34,121 bases of DNA from Octopus bimaculoides (lineage: Eukaryota). A program made the position numbers and the translations under genes. The notes beneath the pieces were generated by a model, which saw only the letters and a program-made list of their open reading frames with translations, made no database searches and had not been told where the DNA came from. The stretch is from NCBI RefSeq assembly GCF_001194135.2, contig NC_068984.1, positions 19,839,289 through 19,873,409 of the forward strand, given 5' to 3'. Positions within the stretch are counted from its first letter, which is position 1, and each line of letters opens with the position of its first letter. Shown here piece by piece: positions 1 to 13,269 of the stretch.

Positions 1-1
1 C

Positions 2-331
2 TACCTTCCTACTTATTAGGATTTTGGTTTTAGCTAGGTTGACTCTAAGGCCCTTCAATTCTAGACCTTGCTTCCACACCTGAAACTTCTCCTCTAGTTC
101 TGATAGTGACTCCGCAATTAGGGCAAGGTCATCAGCATAGAGGAGCTCCCAGGGGCAACCTGTCTTGAACTCCTCTGTGATTGCCTGGAGGACTATGGTA
201 AGTAAGAGGGGGCTGAGGACGGAACCTTGGTGGACCCCTACCTCTACCCGGAATTCATTGCTGTACTCATTTCCAACCCTCACCTTACTGGCAGCATCTC
301 TGTACATGGCTCGCACAGCTCTCACTAACCA
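2..331 (-). mobile_element. Non-LTR retrotransposon reverse-transcriptase fragment (RTE-clade-like), 5'-truncated, running off the window start
   Basis: 110 stop-free codons: WLVRAVRAMYRDAASKVRVGNEYSNEFRVEVGVHQGSVLSPLL...PWELLYADDLALIAES...RVNLAKTKIL. QGSVLSP and YADD (128-139) motifs present. Confidence 0.9.
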
Positions 332-1165
332 TATAATTGTCTAAATCCCTTGAGGAGAGTGCCCCAGTTTGGCCACAATCAAGAACGACTGAAACCAGTA
401 AATGAACAAAGTAAGAAAGGATAAGTTTCAAACAAAGATCTCATGGCTGTGAAGTCAAATCAACCGAGAGAGAAAGACTTTCTCAAATTATTGCTTTATA
501 AGATCGATGCAAACTTCTGAATTACACAGCCATTTGAGCGTCTAATTAATTTCACCAATATGAACATATTTCAGCATTTAGTACTGTTCTTCACTAGGTT
601 CTCATATAAATGCTTAATCATGTCAATGCAAGAAATTATGCGGTTACATACAGGAACATACAAAAATAAGGCGAATAGCTAGGCATGAGTTGCGTCCCTT
701 AAATTTTATAGTATACGAGTTATTTCCCTTTATGTCATTATGCACCAAATCGAACTTTTCAAGAAGCGGACAATTGATTCGACTTATTCCAGATATCCAT
801 CAATCAATCAACGACTAATAAATTTGTTTAGGAAATATTTCATCGTTCAATAAGCAACAAAATACCCGTGAAAGTTTATAGACGTCACAAATAAGCATTT
901 TATTTTGAATACTCCAGATTAGGATAGACTTTAAATAAGAAGTATAAAGGTTATACAAGAAAATACTCTTCAAGCAGGGATCATCGCCACTGCCTTGCGC
1001 TTTCGAAGATCTCTACTAAATTTCTCAAATAGATATATTCTGTATTTTGATAAAAACTATATCTTCTCTAATCTCAAATTTTCTTCCAACTCTTCTACCT
1101 TTTATTCTACGTAATGGATATACACACACGTATGTTTGTGTGTGTGTGTTCGTGTGTGTATGCGC

Positions 1166-1214
<49 letters not shown>

Positions 1215-1878
1215 TGAGTGAGAGAGAGAGAATTTGTGGTGGGGGTATACTAATGCTTCTTTATATGTCAAGTTGTATATAAAAACGGTTTAACAATATT
1301 TTTTGTAGAATACATATTTATTATACTTTTATACTTCTCTACAATTTTCTTCGAGCAAATTTCACTCACAAAACGCTGGTCAACTAGAAGCTATAGGAGA
1401 AAATAAAAATACTTGCCCAAGGTGCTATGGCCCCAAACCATGTAGTTTCAAAGTGAACTTCATAACCACACAGCCATATGAAAGAACATATGGGCACACG
1501 CGTGTGTATATACATGGTTATATAAAAAAAAACCAATATTGTTTATATTTATATCTCTTAATTAGGGCTTAATAAAGTGATTCAATAAATAAAGATCAAT
1601 AAAATAAATACCAGACCGATGCTCACTAGGATCAATATACTCAACTAAACCCCAGCATATCCACAGTCCAAAGAACGAGACCAGTAAAAGTGCAAAAGAG
1701 CATTAACTCTTCCTCCCTCACAGAAACTACTTTTCAAACAATCTTTAATCAACATTAGTCTCACTAATCAACTGTAAGCTACTTCTGTAAACCACTTATC
1801 AGAAGCTATGTCTTTCGTTGGTAAATTGTTGCCTATCCCAAGCAGAGTAACATAGCTGTAGATACAAAACTTACTTAC

Positions 1879-1971
1879 CTGTAGATATAAGATAATCATC
1901 CAGATGAGGCCAAGAACAATGGTTGGTTTGCCATCAGCAATGTCTGATGGATTGATGTTCACTAATTTGAT
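1879..1971 (-). CDS. SYNE1: Nesprin-1-like CH1 exon D (93 nt): IKLVNINPSDIADGKPTIVLGLIWMIILYLQ
   Basis: Acceptor ttctttaaattAG|ATC, donor CAG|GTAAGT. The ABS2 segment IKLVNIN..DI.DG.P.IVLGL.W.IILY.Q is nesprin/Msp300-like rather than dystrophin/spectrin/actinin-like. Partly overlaps track ORF 1768-1962. Confidence 0.93.
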
Positions 1972-2123
1972 CTAATTTAAAGAAACATAATGTTTTGGTA
2001 GAATAAGGTATGCATACACATTATATAGATCATTAATATATATAACATTAATCAATTTTGCATATAATATACATGGTCATCTCATAACAGAAACAGACAC
2101 ACACGCATGTGTATGTGCATCAT

Positions 2124-2400
2124 TGCCGGTGCCAATGGACTGGTTCCTGTGCAGGTGACACGTAAAATACACCATTTCAAGTGTGGCCGTCACCAGTACC
2201 CACTTGACTGGCCCTTGTGCCGGTGGCACGTAAAAGCACCCACTACACTCTCAGAGTGGTTGGTGTTAGGAAGGGCATCCAGCTGTAGAAACTCAGCCAA
2301 ATCAGATTGGAGCCTGGCATAGCCATCTGGTTCATCAGTCCTCAGTCAAATCATCCAACCCATGCTAGCATAGAAAGCGAACGTTAAACGACGATGACGA
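2124..2400 (+). mobile_element. Retroposon family C (working label; (GAT)n-tailed)
   Basis: Ends ...ccaacccatgctagcat.gaaagcg.acgttaaacgacgatgacga; the same sequence recurs many times in the window. Confidence 0.8.
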
Positions 2401-2417
2401 CACATACACTTTTTTTT

Positions 2418-2628
2418 TCCTAGTCTAGGCACAAGGCCCATAATTTTGGGGGTGGGGGCCAGTCAATTAGATCAACCTCAGTACATAACTGGCACTTAAT
2501 TTATCGACCCTGAAAGGATGAAAGGCAAAGTCGACCTCGATGGAATTCGAGCTCAGAATGTAAAGACAGACGAAATACTGCTAAGCATTTCGCCTGGAGT
2601 GCCAACGTTTCTGCCAGCTCACCACCTT
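2418..2628 (-). mobile_element. tRNA-derived SINE family A (working label)
   Basis: Reverse complement has an A-box-like TGGCAGAAACGTTGG and B-box-like GAGCTCGAATTCC, then the conserved body ctttgcctttcatcctttcagggtcgat. Confidence 0.8.
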
Positions 2629-2644
2629 TATACATACACATATA

Positions 2645-3907
2645 TAGGTTTACTAAAATTGTATATGCACATTGTATGATTGTAACTCCCTCAAACATTT
2701 TTTTTTTAAGAGGTGCAACTAATCTGAAGTAATGGCAGAAACAAGACTAAACTTCGAGAAAAGAAACTGATCTTAAAGTGCAACTGTAAGTATGCAACTG
2801 TAAGTGCAACTGTAAGAATGTAGCTGAAGTGCAAAAGCAGTTTATCAAGGAGCTTCAACAAATTCACATATGTGGATCACCATTACTTATATTAGAGGTA
2901 AGTTTGAAACAAATACGACTGTCCAAGACATCCATAAAGGAAATTCTGAGAGAATTTGATCATCCTCTGGCCCAAAATTAGAAGCAGAAGTGTTAGAATG
3001 TCTCCATCACTCTCAAAGTGAATCTTTTGGCAGAAAGCCTGTATGACAAGAATACCAAAACCAAACATCCATTACATATTGAAGTGTGTTCATTGGATAA
3101 GGTTTATTCCAGCATTATTCCACTGCTTCTCTGGAGATTATCCTGACCAGGAAGTTGAATTTTGTGAGTAGTACCCAAAAAAGGTGCAGAGGATGCACAA
3201 TTTCCAATCAAGATTGTCTGAAGCAATGACAGTGCATTTAAGTTAAAAGACTCAGTTGCTCACTACGATGCACCTACATGACACATGAGAACACATATAT
3301 TATGCTTGACCATCACTGAAACTTGCCAGAGGTAACAGTGTGGAATGGATTATCAGTATTGGGCATAAGAGGACCATTCTTTTTTTGAAAACCATCATTG
3401 GTCCTGTTTATCAGAACATGCTGCAAGAATCTGTCACACCATGCATTCAAGAGAAATCAGGAGTTAAGAGTTTTATTTCCAGCAAGATGGAGCACCTCCC
3501 CACTTGTATAATAGTGCAAGGGCTTATCATGATGGAAACATACTGAATAGATGCATTGAACAAAGAGGTAACACTGAATATTCACCACACATTCACCAGA
3601 ACTCACATTTATTGGTTCTTTTTAGGGGGATATATCAAAGATAAGGTTTATAGCAGAAAACCTGCAACAATCAATGAGCTGAGAGCAGGAACTGAAAAAG
3701 AATGCACCCAAATAACCAATTGAAATGATTTGTAATGTAATTCCATCAGTCTGCATTATCAGCAGTGACTAGATTCAAAAAGGTCATAAGTTCAAACAAC
3801 TATAATAACTTAAATTCTACACTTGTTTTCTTCAACTTAGATTATAAAACCTAACTGTTATAATTATCAAATTGTGTATACATTTTTTTTTTTTTTTTTT
3901 GAGACTG
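2645..3907 (+). mobile_element. Decayed near full-length Tc1/mariner DNA transposon, DD41D (rosa/Visitor)-like
   Basis: Frameshifted remnants: MAETRLNFEKRK/NVAEVQKQF/KFETN.TVQDIHKG (N-terminal HTH), VTVWNGLS..GIRGPFFF, FQQDGAPPH (about 3478-3504), GYIKDKVYSRKPATINELR. Degenerate TIRs (AAAATGTATACACA-like) with TA at both ends; about 1.26 kb. Confidence 0.85.
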
Positions 3908-4481
3908 TATCTATCCATATATCCTTTCAGTAGTTTTTATCACAGAGACTTTATTTCTTCTGACATAGAAATTGGAAGCCTGAAGATAACTGGAGAATGG
4001 ACCAATCAAAATATAGCATAGATCATAGCAAGCACCAACGATAGTCTGGAAGCTTCAAAATTAACAAAGAGTCTCAACATTTCAATCTCAAGTATCATAT
4101 TTGAAAGTATAAAAGAGACACAGGCATATCAGATCCATCCTAATTTCATCAAGGCATATTCAGGAAAAAGAGTTTTTAGAACATTAACACTTATGGGAAA
4201 GCTTATTTCACATATAGGACCTGGGGTGACATTTTTGAGACATTTTATTTTTTGCGAAAGAAGGCATCTTAAAAACCATCAAACACAGTAAGTGATATGT
4301 CACAAGATACATAGTTTAACAAAATGTATGAGAAACCTTCTTGGTACAACTTCACATAGAATTTAAATGATTAAAATAATGAAGAAAAACAAATAGCCAT
4401 ATTTTATCCTTTCTTTCAAACTATACATTCATGAAGAGATTTAAGGCACAAAACATATAAACTTATCAGAAATTTTCTTAC

Positions 4482-4565
4482 CTTTTTCTTCTCCAAGAAG
4501 TTTAAGGCACAAGTTATATTGCTGACAAAATGGATTTTCTTCATCTTGGCTCCTTTTTCCTTTGG
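4482..4565 (-). CDS. SYNE1: Nesprin-1-like CH1 exon C (84 nt): PKEKGAKMKKIHFVSNITCALNFLEKKK
   Basis: Acceptor acacAG|CCA, donor AAG|GTAAGA, phase 0-0. Matches CH1 P.E.G..M.RIH...N...AL.FL. Confidence 0.9.
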
Positions 4566-4622
4566 CTGTGTATTGTGTAAAAAAAGAAACAATGACAGTT
4601 AAGATGCTTAGTTAAAGACACA

Positions 4623-5211
<589 letters not shown>

Positions 5212-5434
5212 GTTTAACGTCCGCTTTCCATTCTAGCATGGGTTGGACGATTTGACTGAGGACTGGTGAAACCAGATGGCTACACCAGGCTAACCATATT
5301 TATTATCTTGGATACAGATAATTATTTTGGTTTTTAACTTTGCTGTTTTCTATATTTCCCAAAAACCTATTCTCTTAAAGACATGATGTATATGCAAGAA
5401 ATATTATTCTTAGATTCCCCTTGTCACATTTATT

Positions 5435-6030
5435 ATTGAGCTGGTAAAATTGTTAGAGCATTGGACAAAATTCTTTGTGACATTTTGTGGCATTTCTTCT
5501 GGCTCTCTATATTCTGGGTTCAAATCTTGTAAAGGTCAGCTTTGCTTTTCTCTTTTAGGGGTTGATAAAATAAAGTACCAGTCAAATATTGGGATTAATA
5601 TAAGCAACTAACTCCACTCTCCACAAATTTCTGGCCTAGTGCCTAAATTAACAACAATCATTATTATCATTATTAAGGTGTTGGATTGGCAGAGCTGTTA
5701 AAGCATCAGACAAAATGCATTGTGCTACTTGTTCTAACTCTTTACATTCTGAGTTCAAATCCTACAAAGGTCACCATTGCCTTTCTTCCTTTCAAGATTA
5801 ATAAAATAAGGTATCAGTCATGAATTGGAGGGGGTCTATGACATCAGCTAATCCCTCCAAAAACTGCTGTCTTTGTGCCTCTATTAAGAACAGCAATAAT
5901 AATAATAATCCTTTCTTCTATAGGCATAAGGCCTGAAATTTTGGGGGAGGGGGCTAGTCAATTACATCAACCCCAGTGTGTACTTGGTTCTTAGTTTATC
6001 GACCCTGAAAGAATGAAAGGCAAGCTCGAG
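5435..6030. mobile_element. Cluster of three decayed family A SINEs (+ about 5435-5660, + about 5676-5895, - about 5908-6030)
   Basis: Each has the ggtc..ctttgc.tttc.tc.ttt..gg.t.ataaaataagtacca core; boundaries approximate. Confidence 0.7.
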
Positions 6031-6407
6031 TTCCTTCTCAGTGTGTGACATCTTGAGCAAGTATCTTAACTATAGCCTTGGATTGACCCAAGTTTTTATG
6101 AGTGAATTTGGGTGGATAGAAACTATATCAAAACTTGTTAGAAGAACTCTAACTTTTATAGAGCTCGGCTCTATAAGCCAGTAAGTTCAAGTCACACTTA
6201 AATAGTAGTCCTCCAATACAATGTATAGAAATGAGTTGCCTCCATACCAACAGTAGATGTTATCTGTTACTGATGGTCAAATTTCATATTAGCATCTACA
6301 ACAAGCATATAAGCTATGTTCAAGAACTGAACTAGGATTTAAGTTGAGCTGTGTCGTAAGTTCTTTTTCACCTTTTCCTTACCATATTTCTATTGAGATA
6401 TACAGCT

Positions 6408-6559
6408 TTAGCAAAATAGCTTTGTTATTATTAAAGCTGGTATTTGGGACATAATGACAAATTTTTATGGGAGGTTTTAATTTGGCTCACTTTAAAACAT
6501 GAAGTTTTGTATCATAGAACCAAGGGTGGTCTCAGGTATTTTGGTATCAAAAGAGTTAA
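6408..6559 (-). mobile_element. Truncated copy of the TTAA MITE seen at 16601-16833
   Basis: Ends ggtggtctcaggtattttggtatcaaaagagTTAA, homologous in reverse to 16601-16750. Confidence 0.7.
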
Positions 6560-6727
6560 CTCCTACAGTATGCTTTCAGATCAACCACAAAAGAAAATGC
6601 TAAGAATAATTTTATGACTAGTTAGTCATTGATAATTTTAAAGTGTGTATGTTAAGCAATTAGTCACCAAGATATGTTGACAAGCTAATTCTCAATAACT
6701 GACAGGCAAGTAATATAAGCAACCTCC

Positions 6728-6940
6728 AAGGTGGTGCGCTGGTAGAATCATTAGCATGCCAGGAAAAATGCTTAGTAGCATTTCATCTGTCATTACGTTC
6801 TGAGTTCAAATCCCACCAAGGTCAATTTGCCTTTTATTCTTTTGAGATTGATAAAATAAGTACCAATTGAACTTTGCAATGTAATGTAATCACTTTACCC
6901 CTGAAATTGTTGGCCTTGTGCCAAAATTTGAAACCAATAC
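6728..6940 (+). mobile_element. Family A SINE
   Basis: ggtggtgcgctggtagaatcattagc...gagttcaaatccc...aataagtacca. Confidence 0.75.
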
Positions 6941-7565
6941 AAGCAAACTCTATTGAAATATATGAACTTCTATTTACTGATAAGGTTTCAGAATATTCTG
7001 AAGAAATAGGTTAGAATTTCGTCTGCGGGAATATTTCTTGTTTTCCTAACAGGAAAGGCGAATAAAGTGGAATTAAGTGTCTTATTAAAAACAATGTAAA
7101 TGACTACATTTAAATTCATGAACTAAAAGACTACAATTAGTACACAAACTTCAAGATTTAGCTACAACATATACACATGTAACCAAAATTTGATTATTAA
7201 CTTGTTATACAAATGGAAAATGTTTAAAAAAAAACAATTAGATTTCATCTACATAAATAAGATGACATAATGAAGCATAAAATCAATAGACTAAAATATA
7301 AACACCAAAGTATAGCCGTTATGTAACCATTCAACCTGCTAGAAAGAGCAACCAAATTTTACTCAAATCACAGCCTACCATCTTAAAAAGTGAAAGAGCT
7401 ATGTGTGTCCAACATAATGGTAATTTTGGAGATTGTTATTCTATTTTCTCGCATCTATATGGATAAATGAATTTATGAAGAATGAGTTCTCTCCCTTAAT
7501 TAAACTTTCGTTTAATGCTGCACTCTCATGTTGGCGACTGAAGTTTTGACACTTACTAGAATTAA

Positions 7566-7990
7566 AGATGCGGGCTGGCAAGATCGAGACAGGGAGCTGG
7601 TAGAATAATAAAAACGTCAGACAAAATGCTCAGCAGCTTTTCTTTATGTTCAGAGTTCGAATTCCCCCGAAGTCAATTTTGCCTTTTCATCCTCTCAGGG
7701 TCAATAAAATAAGCACCAGTTGAGCATTGGGGTCAATTGTAATTGGCTGGAATCCTCCAGTAAAATTTCAGGCTCCCTGCCTGAGCTAGCAGAATTGTTA
7801 GATGCTAGACAAGATGCTTGGTGGCATTCCGCCTGTCTTTACATTCTGAGATCAAATTCCTCTGAGGTAGACTTTGCCTTTCATCCTTTCAGGGTCGACG
7901 AAATAAATACCAGTTGAGCACTGGGGTCGATGTAATCGGCTAGTACCCTTCCCCAAAATGTCAGGGCTTGTGCCTATAACAGAAGGGATT
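7566..7990 (+). mobile_element. Two head-to-tail family A SINEs (junction about 7782)
   Basis: Two successive A-box/B-box heads and bodies; explains ORF 7720-7917. Confidence 0.75.
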
Positions 7991-8392
7991 GTTGTTGTTG
8001 TTGTTGTCACCGTCGTCATCTTGTTTTAAAACTTATTATTCTTTTCTTATATTTAATTTTACTGAGTTGCAGTTATAGGACAGCAACCAGCCATGCTGGA
8101 GCACTTCTTTCAAAGGTTTCAGCTGTACCAACTAAATTGCTTAGCTTGATACTTGGTTTATTGAATGGCCAAAACCTTGAGCTATGTCTCATTTTAGGAA
8201 GTTGCTTTCTTTCAGGAGGCAAATACTACACAAAATTTACACTGATATATATCAGTATACATAAACATACACAGACTTATACATTAACATACATAAACAC
8301 ACACATATATACGTCAGCAAACATAAACACACACACACACACATTAATATGCATTAAGACTCATACACCAATATACATTATTATGCATTATT

Positions 8393-8610
8393 TCGCCAGG
8401 CGAAAAGCTTAGTCTGCCATTACGTCTTGTCTTTCGTCAGCCGTTACGTTTTGAGTTCAAATTCCGCCGAGGTCGACTTTGTCTTTCATCCTTTCGGGGT
8501 AGATTAAATAAGTACCAGTTACGCACTGGGGTCGATGTAATCGACTTAATCCCTTTGTCTGTCCTTGTTTGTCCCCTCTATGTTTAGCCCCCTGTGGGCA
8601 ACAAAGAATT
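8393..8610 (+). mobile_element. Family A SINE, 5'-truncated, with a small internal duplication
   Basis: gagttcaaattccgccgaggtcgactttg...gcactggggtcgatgtaatcgactta, near-identical to the 23695-23936 copy. Confidence 0.85.
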
Positions 8611-9125
8611 AAATATACATTTTTATGCATAAACACACACATACACCCCCATGAACATTACTGTACATAAACACTCACACACACATTAGCATGCATAAAC
8701 ACATACACATGCATTAATATACCGAAAGACATATAGAAAAGTTTTGTTAGTATACATAAGCACACATATACACCCATATATGAGACTTCTCAGTTACCAG
8801 CGACATTTAGATTTCACTGATAAGGCATAATCTAAGATTACAGTAGAATGCATTTGACTGAGGCGCCATGCAGCGAAATGAAACCCAGAAACACATGGTC
8901 TTGAAATGAATGCCTGCTTTGAATCAGGTTTGACCTGTGGCTCAACAACAACAACAACAGCAACTTTGGCAGTGACAGGAGATAGTTCAGTGAAATAAAT
9001 GAAATATCTATTGTTAGTGCTCCCAATGTTTTAAACCTTACTGCATCAGGATTAAATATCCTCAGTTCTGTGAAAGTACACGAGACTTTTGAACCAAGTT
9101 ATCTCATTTTTTAATAGTAGGGTAC

Positions 9126-9235
9126 TTTCCGGAAACCTCCACATTTCATATGACGTAATATGTATGTTTTATTTTTACTGACCAATGCAAAGAGGTTGTG
9201 AGAACTGACCAATAGAAAGAGGTTGTGAGAACTGA
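9126..9235. promoter_or_regulatory. Candidate cis-regulatory cluster: TTTCCGGAAA palindrome, TGACGTAA, two CCAAT boxes in a 27-bp tandem duplication
   Basis: Motifs at 9126-9135 and 9151-9158; units 9177-9203 and 9204-9230. Function inferred only. Confidence 0.3.
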
Positions 9236-9635
9236 TTTGTATATGATGTGCATGTGAAGGTTAATGTCCACTTTTCCATGCTTGCATGGCTCAGATTGAA
9301 TTCTTCAAAGCAGTTTTTCTACAGATGGATGCCTTTTCTGTTGCCAATCCAATCCATTTCCATGCAACGTAATATTTCCCCATGAGCTGCACATGTCTTC
9401 ACAGAAGACTGGAATTGGATGGTACTGCTTGTATGATGGTAATGCTTGCTTACAAGCATTGCACAATGTCAAAACAAGGAGACATGAACACACACACATA
9501 CACACACGCACACACATAAATACACAGATACACACACACACATAATGGAAAATTGATATAGATACTAGTATAAATTGTAAGTCCCAATGCTGAGTTCCAA
9601 ATAATTGCAATGGTGAAACATACGTAGGAACTAAT

Positions 9636-10003
9636 AATTACCTCCGCCTTAGTGAAGGCAGAGGTATTGTTTTTAATCATATTTGTTTGTCCATGGACAA
9701 GATAAGATATCTCAAGAAGCGTTGAATGGATTCAAATGGAACTTTCAGGGATGTTTGCCCTGTGACTGACACAAATTGATTAGATTTTGGGATCGATCTG
9801 GTGCCAGACAAAGATTCTGGATTATTTTTCCTGTTTTTTTACTTAATTTTTGAGAGTGGTGGGGTTCATTTTTAATATTCTCGTTTGTGAGAGCAGTCAA
9901 GTTTATTTCAGATATTCTCATTTTAAAAATCATCTCTGGCTAATTGTTGAAAGGACATTGGTGTTGCCTTGGCAGAGGTTTGCGCTCTCTGAGTGCTCTT
10001 GTT
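9636..10003 (+). mobile_element. Helentron/HINE (DINE-1-like) non-autonomous element
   Basis: 5' TACCTCCGCCTT-agtg-AAGGCAGAGGTA stem-loop (9639-9666), 3' subterminal repeat GGCAGAGGT (9971-9979), terminal hairpin GCGCTC-tct-GAGTGC (9982-9996), T-rich end. Confidence 0.65.
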
Positions 10004-10998
10004 TATACTTGTGATTATCTTAATTTTCCTTTACATGTCTATAACATTGCTGTATAATGTTACTATATCATAATTAGCAACATTACTAAGTACAGGAGTA
10101 GGCTAACGACTAAACTGGAAGCTGACTGGATAATGATTATCTATATGGATCTCTGACTTATTCAACAGTAGTTGTACATCTATCTGTACCTGCAAAGCTT
10201 TGATCTTTGCACTGCCAAAACAAAGGATTAAATCCAATAAAACACAAAATAACTAAAACTACTGATACATCAAACTGACTAAAAAAACTTCCTATAACTA
10301 CGTTTCATTCTCATTGTGAATCACTAAACGACAATCCCATGACCTAAAGGTGACACACCTAAATATCCACACCTTTTTACAAAGTTCTACATGCATAAAC
10401 AAATTCTAAACAATAGCATACCTGGAATTTAATCAATGAAAATTTTTCCAAAACACCTCTCTGTCACAACCCACCTGACAACCTAATTACTATTCTACTC
10501 AAACACACGTACCCAAGGAAGATTTAAACTCAACAGAGACTATATGAAGCCAAGATTAGTTTCAATACAACCACAGTCTGCTGATGATGACTTCACTGGC
10601 CAAAACTACAAAGTCACTGTCTATAATATTCTTGTTAAAAAATAATGGTTATATGTGTATACATATATATTTATGTGTGTATATAAATATATTTTTTGTT
10701 TTTTTGTTATTGTGTTTTTGAACTNNNNNNNNNNNNNNNNNNNNNNNNNNNNNNNNNNNNNNNNNNNNNNNNNNNNNNNNNNNNNNNNNNNNNNNNNNNN
10801 NNNNNNNNNNNNNNNNNNNNNNNNNNNNNNNNNNNNNNNNNNNNNNNNNNNNNNNNNNNNNNNNNNNNNNNNNNNNNNNNNNNNNNNNNNNNNNNNNNNN
10901 NNNNNNNNNNNNNNNNNNNNNNNNNNNNNNNCAGAGGCACACACACACACACAGAGGCACACACACACACACACACACACGCACGTGCACACATACTA

Positions 10999-11320
10999 CA
11001 TCATCATCATTATCATCATCATCATCATCATCATTTAACGTCCACTTTCCATGTTGGCATGGGTTAGACAGTTTCACTGTAACTGATAAGCTGGAGGGCT
11101 GCACCATGTTCCCGTTTAATTTGGCATGGTTTCTACGGTTGGACACCCTTCTTAATGCCAACCACTCCGAGAGTGTAATGGGTGCTTTTTATGTGCCACC
11201 AGCACAGGTGCCATTTACATGACACCAGCAACAGCCATGACTACACTCTCATGGATGCCACTTACATGACACTGGCAATGGTGACGACTAGTTTCACTTG
11301 GCTTGACGAGTCTTCTCAAC
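10999..11320 (-). mobile_element. Family C retroposon with (CAT)n tail
   Basis: tttaacgtccactttccatgttggcatgggtt...ttctacggttggacacccttcttaatgccaaccactcc. Confidence 0.75.
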
Positions 11321-11840
11321 CAAGACAATTTAAAGCAAAACCTTTTCAAGGGCCCTTAAAATACTATTGTGAATCCCCAATTTACTGATGATAATGATGA
11401 TGTTGTGTGGGCCCCCAAAAATCTTATATGGACCCTGGTTGAGGACCAGTGATCTAGCCAAAAGAATCATTATTACAATTCTTGCAAAAAGCATTTCTAA
11501 AAAAAAATATGTATTAAGAAAACAACAATAAAAACATTTCCCGAAAATTAATAAAAAAAATATACTCAGTGGATTTTTAATCCTAAATCTTGTCAACCAG
11601 GAATTTTTAATTGTTGCATATTTACGCAGCATGAAGTTTTCTACTGCGATAAATATGAACCGGAAATACAACACCAGACTTTTTAATTTTCTTCTAAACA
11701 TTATATTCAGAAATAATTAGGCAAAAATAAAGTAGTTTTCTCTTTATGAAATGTTGACCTACTATCTATGATGCAGTCTCATAAGTGTGGGCATGTTGTG
11801 TGAATGAATAAGTGTGTGTGTGTATGTATGTATGTATGTG

Positions 11841-11960
11841 TGTGTGTTTGTATGGGTATATATTTGCATGTATTCTTATGTGTGCATTTGGTATTGTGTA
11901 TGTGTGTTTGTACGGGTGTATATTTGTGTGTATTCTAATGTGTGCATTTGGTTTTGTGTG
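11841..11960. repeat. 60-bp tandem duplication within a TG-rich tract
   Basis: tgtgtgtttgta.ggg..tatattt..gtattct.atgtgtgcatttgg occurs twice at a 60-nt period. Confidence 0.8.
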
Positions 11961-12109
11961 TGTGTGTGTGTGTGTGCAGGCGTCTCTATGTGTAGGTGCA
12001 TATGCACATCTGTGTAAACTTTCTTCTAATTAGTTTTGCTGTTTACTTTAGGCAACAGCCAACAAGTTTGCAACACAAGGGGTACCCTGTCTTAAAATTC
12101 TTTAGAGGT

Positions 12110-12290
12110 ACCACCACAACCACTACTACTACTAACACCACCACCACCACTACCACCACCACCACCACTACCACCACCACTACCACCACCACTACCACCA
12201 CCACTANNNNNNNNNNNNNNNNNNNNNNNNNNNNNNNNNNNNNNNNNNNNNNNNNATCACCACCACTACCACCACCACCACTAGCGCCAT

Positions 12291-12356
<66 letters not shown>

Positions 12357-12421
12357 CACCACCACAACCACCGTGGCTGCAAGTAAGTCCACCAACACCA
12401 CCACTAAAACAGCAACAACAA
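12110..12421. repeat. Mixed (ACC)n/(ACT)n trinucleotide tract with N gap 12207-12255
   Basis: Direct reading. Confidence 0.9.
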
Positions 12422-13046
12422 CAAAGAATAATGGGGGAATCTTTACATGGTCATTCGACAAATAAGAAAAAGCAGCCAAAATCTTGCTCAAATCACATCC
12501 ACTGTCTCTTAAAAAAAACAAAAATTCAGGGGAAGGACACATTAGATAGTGTAGTCTGTACCACTGAAAAAAAACAAAAAAACAGAAGGGTCACAGTTAA
12601 AATACCCTTGATCATAGGTATCCTCATTCACGGTAACTGTTTCTAATTTAGGCACAAGGTCAGCAGATTTAAGGAGAGGTGTAGGGGTGGCTGACTACAC
12701 TGACCGCAGTACTTGACCGATACTTTACTTTTATCAGATTTGGAAGGATGGAAAGCAAAGTTAACCATTGTGAGAGTTTATCTCAGAATATTAAAAAAAA
12801 AAGGGAGCAAATACCATTCCAACGGTTCTGCCACTCCATCACCCTAACAGTAGTAAAGGTGATGGTGGTGGTGGCGGTGGTGCTGGGAGCTAGTAGTAGT
12901 AGTAGTAGAGCTCTTCCTCTTCAACTTCACTTTCCTTTCCAAATGGACCTTGAAAAAGTCAATGCAAACTTGACTGAAGAGGAAGGTGTTTGTCCTCAAT
13001 TCTTTCAACTGTGTCCACCATACAACCACTTTTGCCATAATCACTA

Positions 13047-13090
13047 GACCAGGGGTTCTCAAACATTTTTTGTCTATGGACCCCTTTGAT
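13047..13090 (+). mobile_element. hAT-like terminus fragment (CAGGGGTTCTCAAAC); similar right-end fragments at about 11430-11457 and 17656-17701
   Basis: CAG.GGTTCTCAA.C-type termini are typical of Charlie/Buster-type hAT elements; no transposase seen. Confidence 0.45.
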
Positions 13091-13269
13091 TACTATTTTA
13101 TTCTTGAGGATCCCCACAGTCATTCAATGTTTAAAAACTTAGTTTTTATGGAAACTTCTTTCAAGATTCCTATTTTGTTCTTCACACATTAACTTGTGTA
13201 GTTTGAACTATGTAAAATGTTAGAGAAAGAAACCTAGCCATTTCTTGCAAAACATACTAACACAGCATC

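Noticed and set aside
1768-1878. C-terminal part of track ORF 1768-1962
   Set aside because: Read-through past the CAG|GTAAGT donor; CH homology stops at LYLQ.
332-1878. Search for the next (CH1-CH2 linker) nesprin exon
   Set aside because: No minus-strand segment with suitable splice sites and homology found by eye; probably outside the window.
3340-3546. 68-aa ORF
   Set aside because: Shifted-frame piece of the Tc1/mariner fossil.
4439-4512. TTTAAGGCACAA present in exon C and again just past its donor
   Set aside because: Only 12 bp, AT-rich, with no second splice context; not a duplicated exon.
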